50,138 bases of DNA. Source: Clostridia bacterium. GTDB lineage: Bacteria > CBDUZB01 > JAGLHV01. Shown here in pieces: positions 8,023 through 17,343 of the stretch; the first letter of the stretch is position 1, and every line of letters starts with the position of its first letter. Location of the stretch: positions 1 through 50,138 of the forward strand of contig DAOVVV010000001.1 in the NCBI GenBank assembly GCA_030637025.1, in the 5' to 3' direction. A program made the position numbers and the translations under genes. The notes beneath the pieces were generated by a model, which saw nothing but the letters and a program-made list of their open reading frames with translations, did no database searches and was not told where the DNA came from.

Positions 8023-8054
8023 TTTCTCCTTCTCCCCCAAAAAATAATTTAACC

Positions 8055-8103
8055 TAATTCCAATGCGGGTTTGGAAAAACATTCCAAACCCGCATTGGAA
8101 TTA
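8055..8103. promoter_or_regulatory. Perfect 22-bp inverted repeat with 5-nt loop (leader hairpin or terminator)
   Basis: TAATTCCAATGCGGGTTTGGAA (8055-8076) / AAACA / TTCCAAACCCGCATTGGAATTA (8082-8103); a T-run follows on the + strand. Confidence 0.8.
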
Positions 8104-8127
8104 TTTTTCTTCAATAAAAACTTATAA

Positions 8128-8156
8128 ATTATACATTTTTTAAAAGCAAATTGCAA
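8128..8156 (-). promoter_or_regulatory. Probable sigma70 promoter
   Basis: Minus strand reads TTGCAA-N17-TATAAT in the intergenic gap upstream of the 8022 gene. Confidence 0.55.
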
Positions 8157-8251
8157 AATTTATTTATAGGCTTTTTGTAAATAATGCGGGACAACAGGGT
8201 AAAATTATGGTGTAAGGGGGAAGAATATCTAAAGTTAAACACTTTTTCTCA

Positions 8252-9832
8252 TTACTGTATATTTATTTCCCAGTCGTATAATTTATTCAATTCATCACGG
8301 AAAGAAGAAATATTAGGAGCAAGTCGGACTATCTGTTCATATTCTTTAATCGACTTATCCAATCTCCCCCACCGGAAATACTTTTGCGCCAACTTTTTTT
8401 TATACCACACATTTCGAGGCTCTAACTCTACTGCAATTTTGAATTCGTCCAAAGCATTAAGGAAGTATCCCTCCTTTTCATATATATCTCCTAACTGCAT
8501 ATGATATTCAGCAACTACAGGATTAGTAAGTACACTGCGCGAAATATTTGCTTTTGCCTGAATTAATTTGCCCTCTTTTAAGAAATTTTGTCCCCTTTTA
8601 TAAAATTGAGCACTTAAATGGATCAAACCAAACAAGAGCATTAAAAAAATAATTACCAGGTAAACAGATATTTTAACCATATACGAAGTTTGATTTGTCT
8701 CTTTTTTTTCTTTAGGCAAAATTATTCCTATCAAAAAACAACAGGGAAAGGTAATTGCTATATTATGCAGATTAAACTCCACCCCTGCCTGTATCAGCAC
8801 ACTACACAAAGCAGCAAAAAAACCCGGATATAACAATTTCCCGGGAATTACACTTTGTAATAATTTTATTATTATCCACCCAAAAAGAATAAAACCTACT
8901 ATTCCCATTTCAGCTAATAAATTTAAATATTCATTGTGTGCATATTGTGCGGTATAAATTCCTTCCATTCTTTTATACCGGGGATAATAATCTCTAAAAG
9001 TCCCCAGGCCGCAACCTAAAACAGGATAATCACTCCATAACTTCGCCGTATCTTCCCAAATAATCAGCCGTTCATAAGAATAAGAATCGCTTCTTTTAAA
9101 TTCCCCCCCTACCTTTGAAAAGAAGAAACAATAAATTAAGGTCATTAAAACTAACACCAGTCCTGTAAGTAAAAACTTTTTGTTTTTAATATAAATTAAT
9201 ATCAAAAAAGAAAAAAGCAAAGTAATCAATCCAGAACGGGAATTAGTCGAAAAAACAAGTATAAATCCCATAATTAAATATATAAACAAACCTACTTTAA
9301 GGCCTTTTTTTATTTTTCGAAATAAAATAATCCCCCCGGCTATCAAAATAGCAAGCGTTAAATACCCGGCTAAATGATTATCGTTGGCCATACGGGGCAA
9401 AAAAAATAAAGGAAATTGACCAACTATATTGGGTAATAAATTTCTCATTATTACCTGAAACATTTTTATACCGGAAACAATTAAAAAGAAAATAGTAAAT
9501 CGTCGAATACTATCTTTATTATCAAAAACATTTATTACCATAATCAATAATAAATACAAACTAATAAACATACATATTTGCATCAAGGTAAAAGAGAAAT
9601 TAGAGGTTTTGGATAAGGAAAGCAGGGAATACAATAAAAAAAATAATATTGGAAGATTGATTTTTACAGTATAACGGGGAAAATAATTTATTATCCAGAA
9701 AAAAAAGATAATTACCACTAATAAGTTTACTAAGGAATTGGTAAACATATCTATGGTGCTGGGAACAAATAAGGTTATTACTAATAAAAAAAGAAGGCTA
9801 TATTCTATTAATTTTTCTTTAATCTGTATCAT
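8252..9832 (-). CDS. O-antigen ligase (WaaL/Wzy_C)-like membrane protein with C-terminal TPR repeats
   Basis: Multiple TM segments; NDNHLAGYL, TNSRSG, RLIIW, YPVLGCGLGTF, AHNEYLNLLAEMGIVG; C-terminal TPR-like helices (AEYHMQLGDIY...AVELEP). Confidence 0.85.
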   Translation of the reverse strand: MIQIKEKLIEYSLLFLLVITLFVPSTIDMFTNSLVNLLVVIIFFFWIINYFPRYTVKINLPILFFLLYSLLSLSKTSNFSFTLMQICMFISLYLLLIMVINVFDNKDSIRRFTIFFLIVSGIKMFQVIMRNLLPNIVGQFPLFFLPRMANDNHLAGYLTLAILIAGGIILFRKIKKGLKVGLFIYLIMGFILVFSTNSRSGLITLLFSFLILIYIKNKKFLLTGLVLVLMTLIYCFFFSKVGGEFKRSDSYSYERLIIWEDTAKLWSDYPVLGCGLGTFRDYYPRYKRMEGIYTAQYAHNEYLNLLAEMGIVGFILFGWIIIKLLQSVIPGKLLYPGFFAALCSVLIQAGVEFNLHNIAITFPCCFLIGIILPKEKKETNQTSYMVKISVYLVIIFLMLLFGLIHLSAQFYKRGQNFLKEGKLIQAKANISRSVLTNPVVAEYHMQLGDIYEKEGYFLNALDEFKIAVELEPRNVWYKKKLAQKYFRWGRLDKSIKEYEQIVRLAPNISSFRDELNKLYDWEINIQ

Positions 9833-9837
9833 TGATA

Positions 9838-10848
9838 TTATTCTACTTTAATTTTACTCAATTTATTTCCCATTAAAAAGCCGAAAATTACTACAATAAA
9901 ATACACTCCCAAAGCTAAGTAAAAAGTTATTTTAGTTATCATAAAAGCCAGCAAACCCAAAATAAAACAAAACAAATAACTTAAAAACACTATTTTCTTC
10001 CGGTTAAACCCCAGAACTTCCAATCTTAGAGCATAATGGTCCCGGCTGCCTAAGAATATCGATTTTCCCTGTTGAAAACGCAAAATCATCACCAACAATG
10101 TGTCATAAAGAGGAACCCCTAATATTAAAATCGGAGAAAATAAAGCAATATTATTAATCCGGGTATAACTCTCTCCCAAAGAAATTGCCGCTAATACAAA
10201 TCCAATAAAAAGACTTCCTAAATCCCCCATAAAAATTTTAGCCGGTATAAAATTATATTTTAAAAAACCCAGGCAACTTCCCATTAGAGCAACCGCAGCA
10301 AAATTAACATAAATTTGTTCCGTGGGTAACCCGATAAAAAAGAAAAAAAGGCAGGCAATTATCGCTATACCTGCAGATAATCCATCCATAACGTCGATAA
10401 TATTGAAGGCATTAGTAATACCCACCACCCATAAAATAGTGAACAAAACTGACAGATAAACAGGTGAAATAAACCTTATTCTAATACCAAACAAAATCAA
10501 AATTATTGCCAAAAGAAGTTGAATAAAAAATTTTATTTTAAAATTTACCGGTTTAATGTCATCTAACAAACCTACCAGCATAATAATTATTCCCCCGAAA
10601 ATTATTCCGCGCAAAGCCCGCAATGTCCCGGTAGGAAAAGAAGTAAAAAAACGAATAACCAGCAAACTAACGATAAAACCAACTCCTATGGCTATCCCAC
10701 CCAGATAAGGTACCGGTTCTTTATGTGTTTTTGCATGATGGCTATTGGGTAAATCTACAATATTATGATAAATTGCTATTTGCCGCATTAAAGGCGTAAG
10801 GCTAAAACTTAAGATAAAAGCAATGCAAAAGGTTAAAAAATAAAGCAT
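9838..10848 (-). CDS. WecA/TagO-like polyprenyl-phosphate N-acetylhexosamine-1-phosphate transferase (MraY family)
   Basis: PYLGGIAI, GLLDD, NAFNIIDVMDGL, FLKYNFIPAKIFMGDLGS, PLYDT and RDH motifs. Confidence 0.92.
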   Translation of the reverse strand: MLYFLTFCIAFILSFSLTPLMRQIAIYHNIVDLPNSHHAKTHKEPVPYLGGIAIGVGFIVSLLVIRFFTSFPTGTLRALRGIIFGGIIIMLVGLLDDIKPVNFKIKFFIQLLLAIILILFGIRIRFISPVYLSVLFTILWVVGITNAFNIIDVMDGLSAGIAIIACLFFFFIGLPTEQIYVNFAAVALMGSCLGFLKYNFIPAKIFMGDLGSLFIGFVLAAISLGESYTRINNIALFSPILILGVPLYDTLLVMILRFQQGKSIFLGSRDHYALRLEVLGFNRKKIVFLSYLFCFILGLLAFMITKITFYLALGVYFIVVIFGFLMGNKLSKIKVE

Positions 10849-10935
10849 TTTTCCTCCCTGATGTATATATACTCGCAGAAAATTAAACCTGGACCCTTCG
10901 CCTCCTTACAGTCTGCTCAGGATCAATTCGACTAC

Positions 10936-10968
10936 AGAGTTTTTGTCAGCTATGCTGACAAAAACTCT
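10936..10968. terminator. Perfect 15-bp hairpin downstream of the GT-C gene (possible terminator or mRNA-processing stem)
   Basis: AGAGTTTTTGTCAGC-TAT-GCTGACAAAAACTCT; no clear U-tract after the stem. Confidence 0.5.
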
Positions 10969-10994
10969 AAGTCTCATTGAAAACATTTTAACAT

Positions 10995-13010
10995 TTATTT
11001 GATTCCATAGTCAATTTCATAAATATATACAGCTTCTTCCTGATATATACATTGCAAGTATTTTTGTTTAAAGTTTTTATTAATCTCATACCCGTTATCA
11101 TTCCAATAAAAGATATGGTATCCTTTTTCCAATCTCTCTGCTTCCCTGTCATTATACAGGATATGAGTTATTCCCATATTCTTTAATTTTTCTAACATTT
11201 CTTCCGCACTCTTAGAATTATTGGCTATTTCTACAATAGGATTAAGGTCAAAAACGCTATTTGTAATATAGCAGCGATTACAATAGTACCCCCTTGTCTC
11301 TCCAATAAATAAAATCTTTGCCTCTTTGGGTAAATTATTATTTATAAATTTCATGCCTTTATAATAGTCTAATTTACTTTCCAGATATTCTTTTCTTGTT
11401 TGGATACCTAAGGCTACAGGAAAAGGATCTACCACTGTTTGCAAATAGCCAAACAAGAAAAAATTACTCATTATAGAAACAACTAAAACAAGTCTAACTG
11501 CTTTCCATCGCTTTCCCTTCTTTTCTATACAAATCAAAGAATAAGCCGTCAAAATACTTAAATAGGGAATGATTACTACCAGAAAACGAAGCACCTTTCC
11601 TGTTACTATCCAGACAAAAAAATACAGGATAACATATATTCCGAGTTGTTTTATTATTTTAGTGCCTTTTTTTAAAAAAAGCAAAAAAGGAAGAAATAAC
11701 AAAAATAAAGGGCCCCATACACCACCCCAAATATCAAATCCTCCTCCGAATTCTATTCCTTGCATCGTTATTGTCCAGGGCAAAACAAGCAAATCAAGAA
11801 AATTATGAATAGTAACTCCATAAGTACGAATATGATTTACGTAATTTTCCGCTAATCCTGCATTAATAGCATTGCCGTTAAATAATCCACTTAAAAATGG
11901 AAAAAGCGGATTGCCCGTATAAACGAAATTTTTTATTAACCAGGGAAGTAAAATCAAACAAGATAACGAAACATAAACAAAAAAATATTTTAAAATATTT
12001 TTAATATTTTTATGCTTATCTTTTATTACCAATTTCCATCCGACAAAAATCGTTAAAATAAAAAGATTGATTACCCCTGTGTATTTTACTCCCATAGCTA
12101 ACCCGCTAAAAATTGCAGAGATTATAAACCAGGAATATCTATTACTTTGCCACCAATTAATCAACGCATATACAGATATAAAAACAAAAAAAGTTAACCC
12201 TAAATCAATATATGTTCCCCCTGCTAAAAGCATTATTGCCGGTGTTGAAAAAAATATGAGCATAGATAAAAAATTCATTTGCTTGTTTTGAAAATACCTG
12301 CTACAAAAAGAATAAATACCCAAAATAAGCATTACGGCAAACGAAAAATGAATGAGATTGGCCACTATATCGTCATACATTAATATTGCCAGGGTATACA
12401 ACATTTCTAAGTTCTGAGGAAAATTACTCAGCAAATTATAGGGGAAAAAAATTATCTTATGTTGTTGAATATAACTCCCCGGAACTGCCAGGTGATAAAC
12501 CAGAGAATCATAAAAAGTAGGAGGAGAAAAAGCTGCTATCAAAGACATAAGCAAACTTATCCCTAATATTCCCATTAAGATTAAATCCCAGGTAGAAAAA
12601 GATTTTTTGCGTAATTGCTCAACAGACTTTTTTATCGATGATAGAAAATATATTATTTCCCGAATTAATAAAAAAATTAAACCCGCAAAAATAAAATAAA
12701 ATAAACCGCGATAAAGTAAGCCGCAAACGCCTAATCCAAATACTAAATAAGCAATAATGCCCCATCCTAATCCCAGGGAAAAAACAACTTCTTCCGTAAA
12801 ACCCATAAAAGGAATATTAAAAAGCTTAAACACCTTAGATCCTAAGGAAAAACCCACCAAAACAATCAAAAAAAGAAAAAACAATTCTGTTAATCTCATT
12901 CCTAAATTAGCTATAGGAAAATTAATAAAATAAGTATACCCGATAAATACAACCCAAACTACCAGCACAAAGTAAAATAATTCTTTTTTTATTCTTAAAT
13001 TATTTTCCAT
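10995..13010 (-). CDS. GT-C-fold (ArnT/PMT-like) integral membrane glycosyltransferase
   Basis: Many TM helices; PPTFYDSLVYHL, YIDLG, GVKYTG, PWLIKN...GNPLFP, LRFL; soluble C-terminal domain; 671 aa. Confidence 0.8.
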   Translation of the reverse strand: MENNLRIKKELFYFVLVVWVVFIGYTYFINFPIANLGMRLTELFFLFLIVLVGFSLGSKVFKLFNIPFMGFTEEVVFSLGLGWGIIAYLVFGLGVCGLLYRGLFYFIFAGLIFLLIREIIYFLSSIKKSVEQLRKKSFSTWDLILMGILGISLLMSLIAAFSPPTFYDSLVYHLAVPGSYIQQHKIIFFPYNLLSNFPQNLEMLYTLAILMYDDIVANLIHFSFAVMLILGIYSFCSRYFQNKQMNFLSMLIFFSTPAIMLLAGGTYIDLGLTFFVFISVYALINWWQSNRYSWFIISAIFSGLAMGVKYTGVINLFILTIFVGWKLVIKDKHKNIKNILKYFFVYVSLSCLILLPWLIKNFVYTGNPLFPFLSGLFNGNAINAGLAENYVNHIRTYGVTIHNFLDLLVLPWTITMQGIEFGGGFDIWGGVWGPLFLLFLPFLLFLKKGTKIIKQLGIYVILYFFVWIVTGKVLRFLVVIIPYLSILTAYSLICIEKKGKRWKAVRLVLVVSIMSNFFLFGYLQTVVDPFPVALGIQTRKEYLESKLDYYKGMKFINNNLPKEAKILFIGETRGYYCNRCYITNSVFDLNPIVEIANNSKSAEEMLEKLKNMGITHILYNDREAERLEKGYHIFYWNDNGYEINKNFKQKYLQCIYQEEAVYIYEIDYGIK

Positions 13011-15015
13011 ACTTTACCCTATACAATAAAATATTATTTTTTTGATAAATATTTTCTAAATTTTTATCAAAAAAGTCATCGAAAATCTCTTTTTTATCGC
13101 CCAGTGAATTTAAAGAAAAATTTTTAAAACTTACCCTGTCCAGCTTTTTCGGGTCAAAAAGTAAATGTGTTATTTTATATGTTTTTAATTTATTTAAAAG
13201 TTCCTCGATATTATTTGATGAATCAATCAAAGAAAAAAGTAAAGGTTTTTCGAATTCAGAACTATACAAATAATTTCGCTTCAAATATCCCCCATCATGA
13301 TAATGCCCTAAAAAAAGAATTTTAGCTGAAGGAGAAAGATTCCGGTTAATATATTGAAACATTTCATAAAAAGGGATTTCTACCCGTAAATAATCAACCC
13401 TTGAAATTCTCCCCCAAAAAAGATATAACTGAGGCAAAAGATAAGGAGACCTGACCAAGAAATGAAGTATATTCCATACAAAGATAAAGGATAGTATTCC
13501 TTTTATAAAAAAGTTAAATTGTTTACTAAAAAATATCAGTACCCGGCAAGAAGACCGTGAATTTTCTACGATGTTTATTATTTTAAAAATTAGATAAGCA
13601 ATAATTATCCCCAACAAAGGAAAAACCGGCAATAAAAACCTGACATTCTGTATACCATATACCCAAATTAAATAAACAAGTACGCAATAAATAATAAGAT
13701 ATTTTATCTTTCTATCCACCCCCTTTAAAAAAAATAAAAAAGGCAAAAAAGCAAGATAAACCATTCCTGCTCTCCAATTTTCAAAATGGCTAACATATAA
13801 AGTAATATGCCAGGGAACAACTAAAGGCAACCAAAACCAATTTAGTTTGTTTATGTTTATTCCTGCACTGGAAAGAATTTTCATATACAAATCATTGTTT
13901 CCGGAAAAAAAAGGATAAACCGGATTTTTTACACAAAATAAATTTCGTAACAACCAGGGAGAAACAACAATTAAGGTAATACCAAAAAATATAATTAACT
14001 CCCTAAATGCAAAAGAAAATTTTACTTTATCGATTGTATATCGCTTAAAAAAATATAATATACCTGCTATTAGAACAAAAAGGCCTCCGGAATATTTTGT
14101 ACTTACGGATAATCCTGCAAATACAGCTGAAACAACTAAATAATTTATTTTTTTCTTCTCATCATAAATAAATAATGCATAAAACGATAAAAAGAAAAAG
14201 AAAGCCACTCCCAGGTCAATAAAAGCCACGGAAGAAAGAAGTAAAACAAACGGCGTAGTAAAAAAAATAAGCGCCGCTAATATTCCTGTCCGGAAATTAA
14301 AATATTTCTTTCCCAAAGAATAAATGGATAAAGCAGTTAATACTCCTGCCAGACAATGGAACATCCTGGCTAAGCCGGAACTTTTTAAAAAGAACGTAAA
14401 AAGATACAACATATCAAATAAAGCAGGAAAATTACTAAAAAAATTATTGGGCAAAATAAATATTTTATGGTTTAGAAAATATAAATTAGGAATGGACAAA
14501 TGGTACCGTAAGGCATCCGTAGAAATTACCGGACCCAGAGACGCAAAAAAAGATAAAATAAAAGCGAAAATTAAAATCGCAGTCCACGGGGAAAAACTAA
14601 ACTTTTTGCAAATAATTACTGATTTTATTTCACTAATTATTTGCCTTATTTCTTTAAAACAAAAAACACTACTAACAATAAACAATCCTAACACCAACTC
14701 CGAATATAATCCACCCAGAATACCTAAAAAAAAGATGCAATAACCCCAAAATCCCAGGCCCAAACCAAGAGCAAAAATATTATTCTCTAAAAAAGAAACA
14801 GTATGTAAAGAAATCCGTTTCAATATTTTTTTCCCCATTGCCCAAATGAAAAAAACGACCATTATGAAAAGTAAAATTTCCTTTGCCTTTAGTACTAAAT
14901 AATAAGTTGTATACCGGACAAAATAATTGCCCCCTACCAAACTTATCCAGGACAATAAAAATAAAGGAAAAAAATATTTTTTTATGTAAAATTTTATGGC
15001 AAAAATAAACGACAT
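13000..15015 (-). CDS. GT-C-fold (ArnT/PMT-like) integral membrane glycosyltransferase, paralog of 10995-13010
   Basis: [29 protein letters not shown]...NPVYP, VRFLLP; 671 aa. Confidence 0.8.
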   Translation of the reverse strand: MSFIFAIKFYIKKYFFPLFLLSWISLVGGNYFVRYTTYYLVLKAKEILLFIMVVFFIWAMGKKILKRISLHTVSFLENNIFALGLGLGFWGYCIFFLGILGGLYSELVLGLFIVSSVFCFKEIRQIISEIKSVIICKKFSFSPWTAILIFAFILSFFASLGPVISTDALRYHLSIPNLYFLNHKIFILPNNFFSNFPALFDMLYLFTFFLKSSGLARMFHCLAGVLTALSIYSLGKKYFNFRTGILAALIFFTTPFVLLLSSVAFIDLGVAFFFFLSFYALFIYDEKKKINYLVVSAVFAGLSVSTKYSGGLFVLIAGILYFFKRYTIDKVKFSFAFRELIIFFGITLIVVSPWLLRNLFCVKNPVYPFFSGNNDLYMKILSSAGININKLNWFWLPLVVPWHITLYVSHFENWRAGMVYLAFLPFLFFLKGVDRKIKYLIIYCVLVYLIWVYGIQNVRFLLPVFPLLGIIIAYLIFKIINIVENSRSSCRVLIFFSKQFNFFIKGILSFIFVWNILHFLVRSPYLLPQLYLFWGRISRVDYLRVEIPFYEMFQYINRNLSPSAKILFLGHYHDGGYLKRNYLYSSEFEKPLLFSLIDSSNNIEELLNKLKTYKITHLLFDPKKLDRVSFKNFSLNSLGDKKEIFDDFFDKNLENIYQKNNILLYRVKYGK

Positions 15016-15740
15016 TTTTTAATTCTCCATTTGTGCAGCAAAAATTTAACCAAAACAAACAAAGTTTTTATTCCATAAACTACACTATTAATAAAGTTAA
15101 TAGTCGATGCCTCTTTAAAATAGCGGGTAGGTACGGGAATTTCTCCTATTTTAAAATTAAAAACCACTGACTGTGCCAATATTTCAGAATCAAAAACAAA
15201 ATCATCTGAATTTTTGCTAAAAGGGATTTTTTCCAGTACTCTCCTGTGAAAAGCACGAAAACCACTATGAAATTCACTCAGGTTCTGTCCTAAAATAATA
15301 TTCTCAATAAAGGTTAAAAAACGATTGCCAATATATTTATATTTAGGCATTCCGCCGGCTAAAGCTTCTTTACGCGTCCTAATCCGGGTTCCAATCATTA
15401 CATCACAAATTCCATCTCTGATTAACCCTGTCAAATAAGGAACAAGCCGGCTATCGTACTGATAATCAGGATGAATCATGACTACAATTTCTGCTCCCCT
15501 TTTCAATGCTTCTTGATAACAAGTCTTTTGATTAGCCCCGTAACCCTTATTTTCTTTATGTTGTAAAACCCGCATCCCCAGGCTTTGGGCAATGGCAACG
15601 GTATTATCACTACTTGCATCATCCCCTAAAATCACTTCATCTACTGCACCAGAGGGAATATCCATAAAAGTCTGTTTTATAGTACTCTGAGCATTATATG
15701 CCGGCATAACGGCAATAACCTTTTTTTTATTATTAATCAT
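14994..15740 (-). CDS. GT2 polyprenol-phosphate glycosyltransferase (DPM1-like)
   Basis: [58 protein letters not shown]. Confidence 0.9.
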   Translation of the reverse strand: MINNKKKVIAVMPAYNAQSTIKQTFMDIPSGAVDEVILGDDASSDNTVAIAQSLGMRVLQHKENKGYGANQKTCYQEALKRGAEIVVMIHPDYQYDSRLVPYLTGLIRDGICDVMIGTRIRTRKEALAGGMPKYKYIGNRFLTFIENIILGQNLSEFHSGFRAFHRRVLEKIPFSKNSDDFVFDSEILAQSVVFNFKIGEIPVPTRYFKEASTINFINSVVYGIKTLFVLVKFLLHKWRIKKCRLFLP

Positions 15741-17307
15741 TTTGCTCCCTTTCTTTTACCTGAAATAAGCTTACATCTTTACCTTCCGCAGAAAGAAATA
15801 ATCTATAGTTTTTACTCAATAAGTATTTGTTTTCAAAATCAAATGCATCCGAAAGAAAAAAAACATTATCACCCCTTGCTAACCAACGAAAAATTATCTT
15901 TTGAACTAAATCAAAATCTTTTTCCTTAAAGCGATTTAAAATTAAAGTCTGCCTCCGGGCAAAATAAGGAATATATACCTTCCCTATAGCAAAAATACCC
16001 CTACCCGAAATAATGACTAAATCCTCATCGGAAGTATTTTCTCCTACCAAATGTGCTCTGGACAAATTAATATTATTTACTTTTAGAGAATATGGAAATA
16101 TTCCCCCATAAAAATTAGAAAAAATCAAAGCAAACAGATAACTACTTAAACAAAAAAGCTTTATTTTTTTATTCATCCGTATAGATGAAAAAGCCGTATA
16201 TGCCAATAAATAAAGCGGTATTAATTCAGGCATTCTATACATTATGGTTTTAGTTTCCCATGTAGAAAAAAACAAACTATAACAGACTATCCAAACAAAG
16301 CACATTTGTATCATAAATTTATTTTTTTTATAAATACTTTTAAAATGTAAAAAGAGAGAAAATAAAGCAGTGAAAAAAAATAGTTTGGATATATTAATTG
16401 ATGTTTTTATTATTCGATGGGGAAAAAGTTCTTTAATAAAAGATACCCTTTTTAAATTTACCCAGATTATGTCTTCTAAAGACGAAGGAATAGTCAGGAG
16501 ATTTTCCAGGCTAAGTTGTCCGTGCCAATTAAACGATTTAGTAGAATCATCCAGGGCATTTCCTAAAAACCATAAATAAATTTCTCGCAAACTAAAAATT
16601 TTAAGTACCATAATTATCACTAACAAATAAGAAAAGGCACAAAATAATCCTAAAACAATTAAATATAAAAAAATACTACGCACTATTTTTTTTCTATCAT
16701 TTCCACAATGCCATAAACTTATACATACTACAGGAATAAAGATAATATGCGAAATATGAGACAAAACAGCCATTCCATGACAAATTCCTATGATAAAAGG
16801 CACACCTACCCCTAAACCATGATAGCCGGAAAAAAAATTGTTATACCAATAAAGCAAAAGAACCAATAATAAAATAAAAACCATACCCAACAAATAAACC
16901 TGGGCTTCCATACTCCAGAGCCAGTAGCTATAGGAAAAAGCTAAAAACAAACTCCAAAAAAAGGCATATTTTATACTTTTACTAATTTGTTCCATTAAAA
17001 CAAAAAATAAAATAATTCCTCCAGAACCTAAAAGACAATTTAAAATTTGAAGAGAAAGAAGGGTCGTTCCGGTATATCCTGAAATTTTTATTAACTGGTG
17101 AAAAAGATATCCTAAAAAACCATAAATAAGATGATTTCCATGAAAAAGATTTTTCATTTCTCCTAACTCAACCGCCATAGCACAGGCTACACCATCATAA
17201 TTATACATATTCGATAAAAAACTAATGTAAACAAAAAAAACAGCAATGCCTAAACCAAAAGCAAAAATAAACTTATCAAATTTAGTATCTAACAAATCCT
17301 GTGCCAT
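15733..17307 (-). CDS. Polytopic membrane protein, probable GT-C glycosyltransferase
   Basis: N-terminal YDG...[14 protein letters not shown], multiple TM segments, C-terminal soluble domain; stop overlaps the GT2 start region. Confidence 0.6.
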   Translation of the reverse strand: MAQDLLDTKFDKFIFAFGLGIAVFFVYISFLSNMYNYDGVACAMAVELGEMKNLFHGNHLIYGFLGYLFHQLIKISGYTGTTLLSLQILNCLLGSGGIILFFVLMEQISKSIKYAFFWSLFLAFSYSYWLWSMEAQVYLLGMVFILLLVLLLYWYNNFFSGYHGLGVGVPFIIGICHGMAVLSHISHIIFIPVVCISLWHCGNDRKKIVRSIFLYLIVLGLFCAFSYLLVIIMVLKIFSLREIYLWFLGNALDDSTKSFNWHGQLSLENLLTIPSSLEDIIWVNLKRVSFIKELFPHRIIKTSINISKLFFFTALFSLFLHFKSIYKKNKFMIQMCFVWIVCYSLFFSTWETKTIMYRMPELIPLYLLAYTAFSSIRMNKKIKLFCLSSYLFALIFSNFYGGIFPYSLKVNNINLSRAHLVGENTSDEDLVIISGRGIFAIGKVYIPYFARRQTLILNRFKEKDFDLVQKIIFRWLARGDNVFFLSDAFDFENKYLLSKNYRLFLSAEGKDVSLFQVKEREQND

Positions 17308-17343
17308 TGATTTCCCTTTTTATTTATTATTAGTATTTATTTT

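Noticed and set aside
8023-8082. N-terminal extension MFFQTRIGIRLNY of the flavoprotein
   Set aside because: It starts inside the 22-bp hairpin; an in-frame GTG with a strong RBS directly precedes the Rossmann motif.
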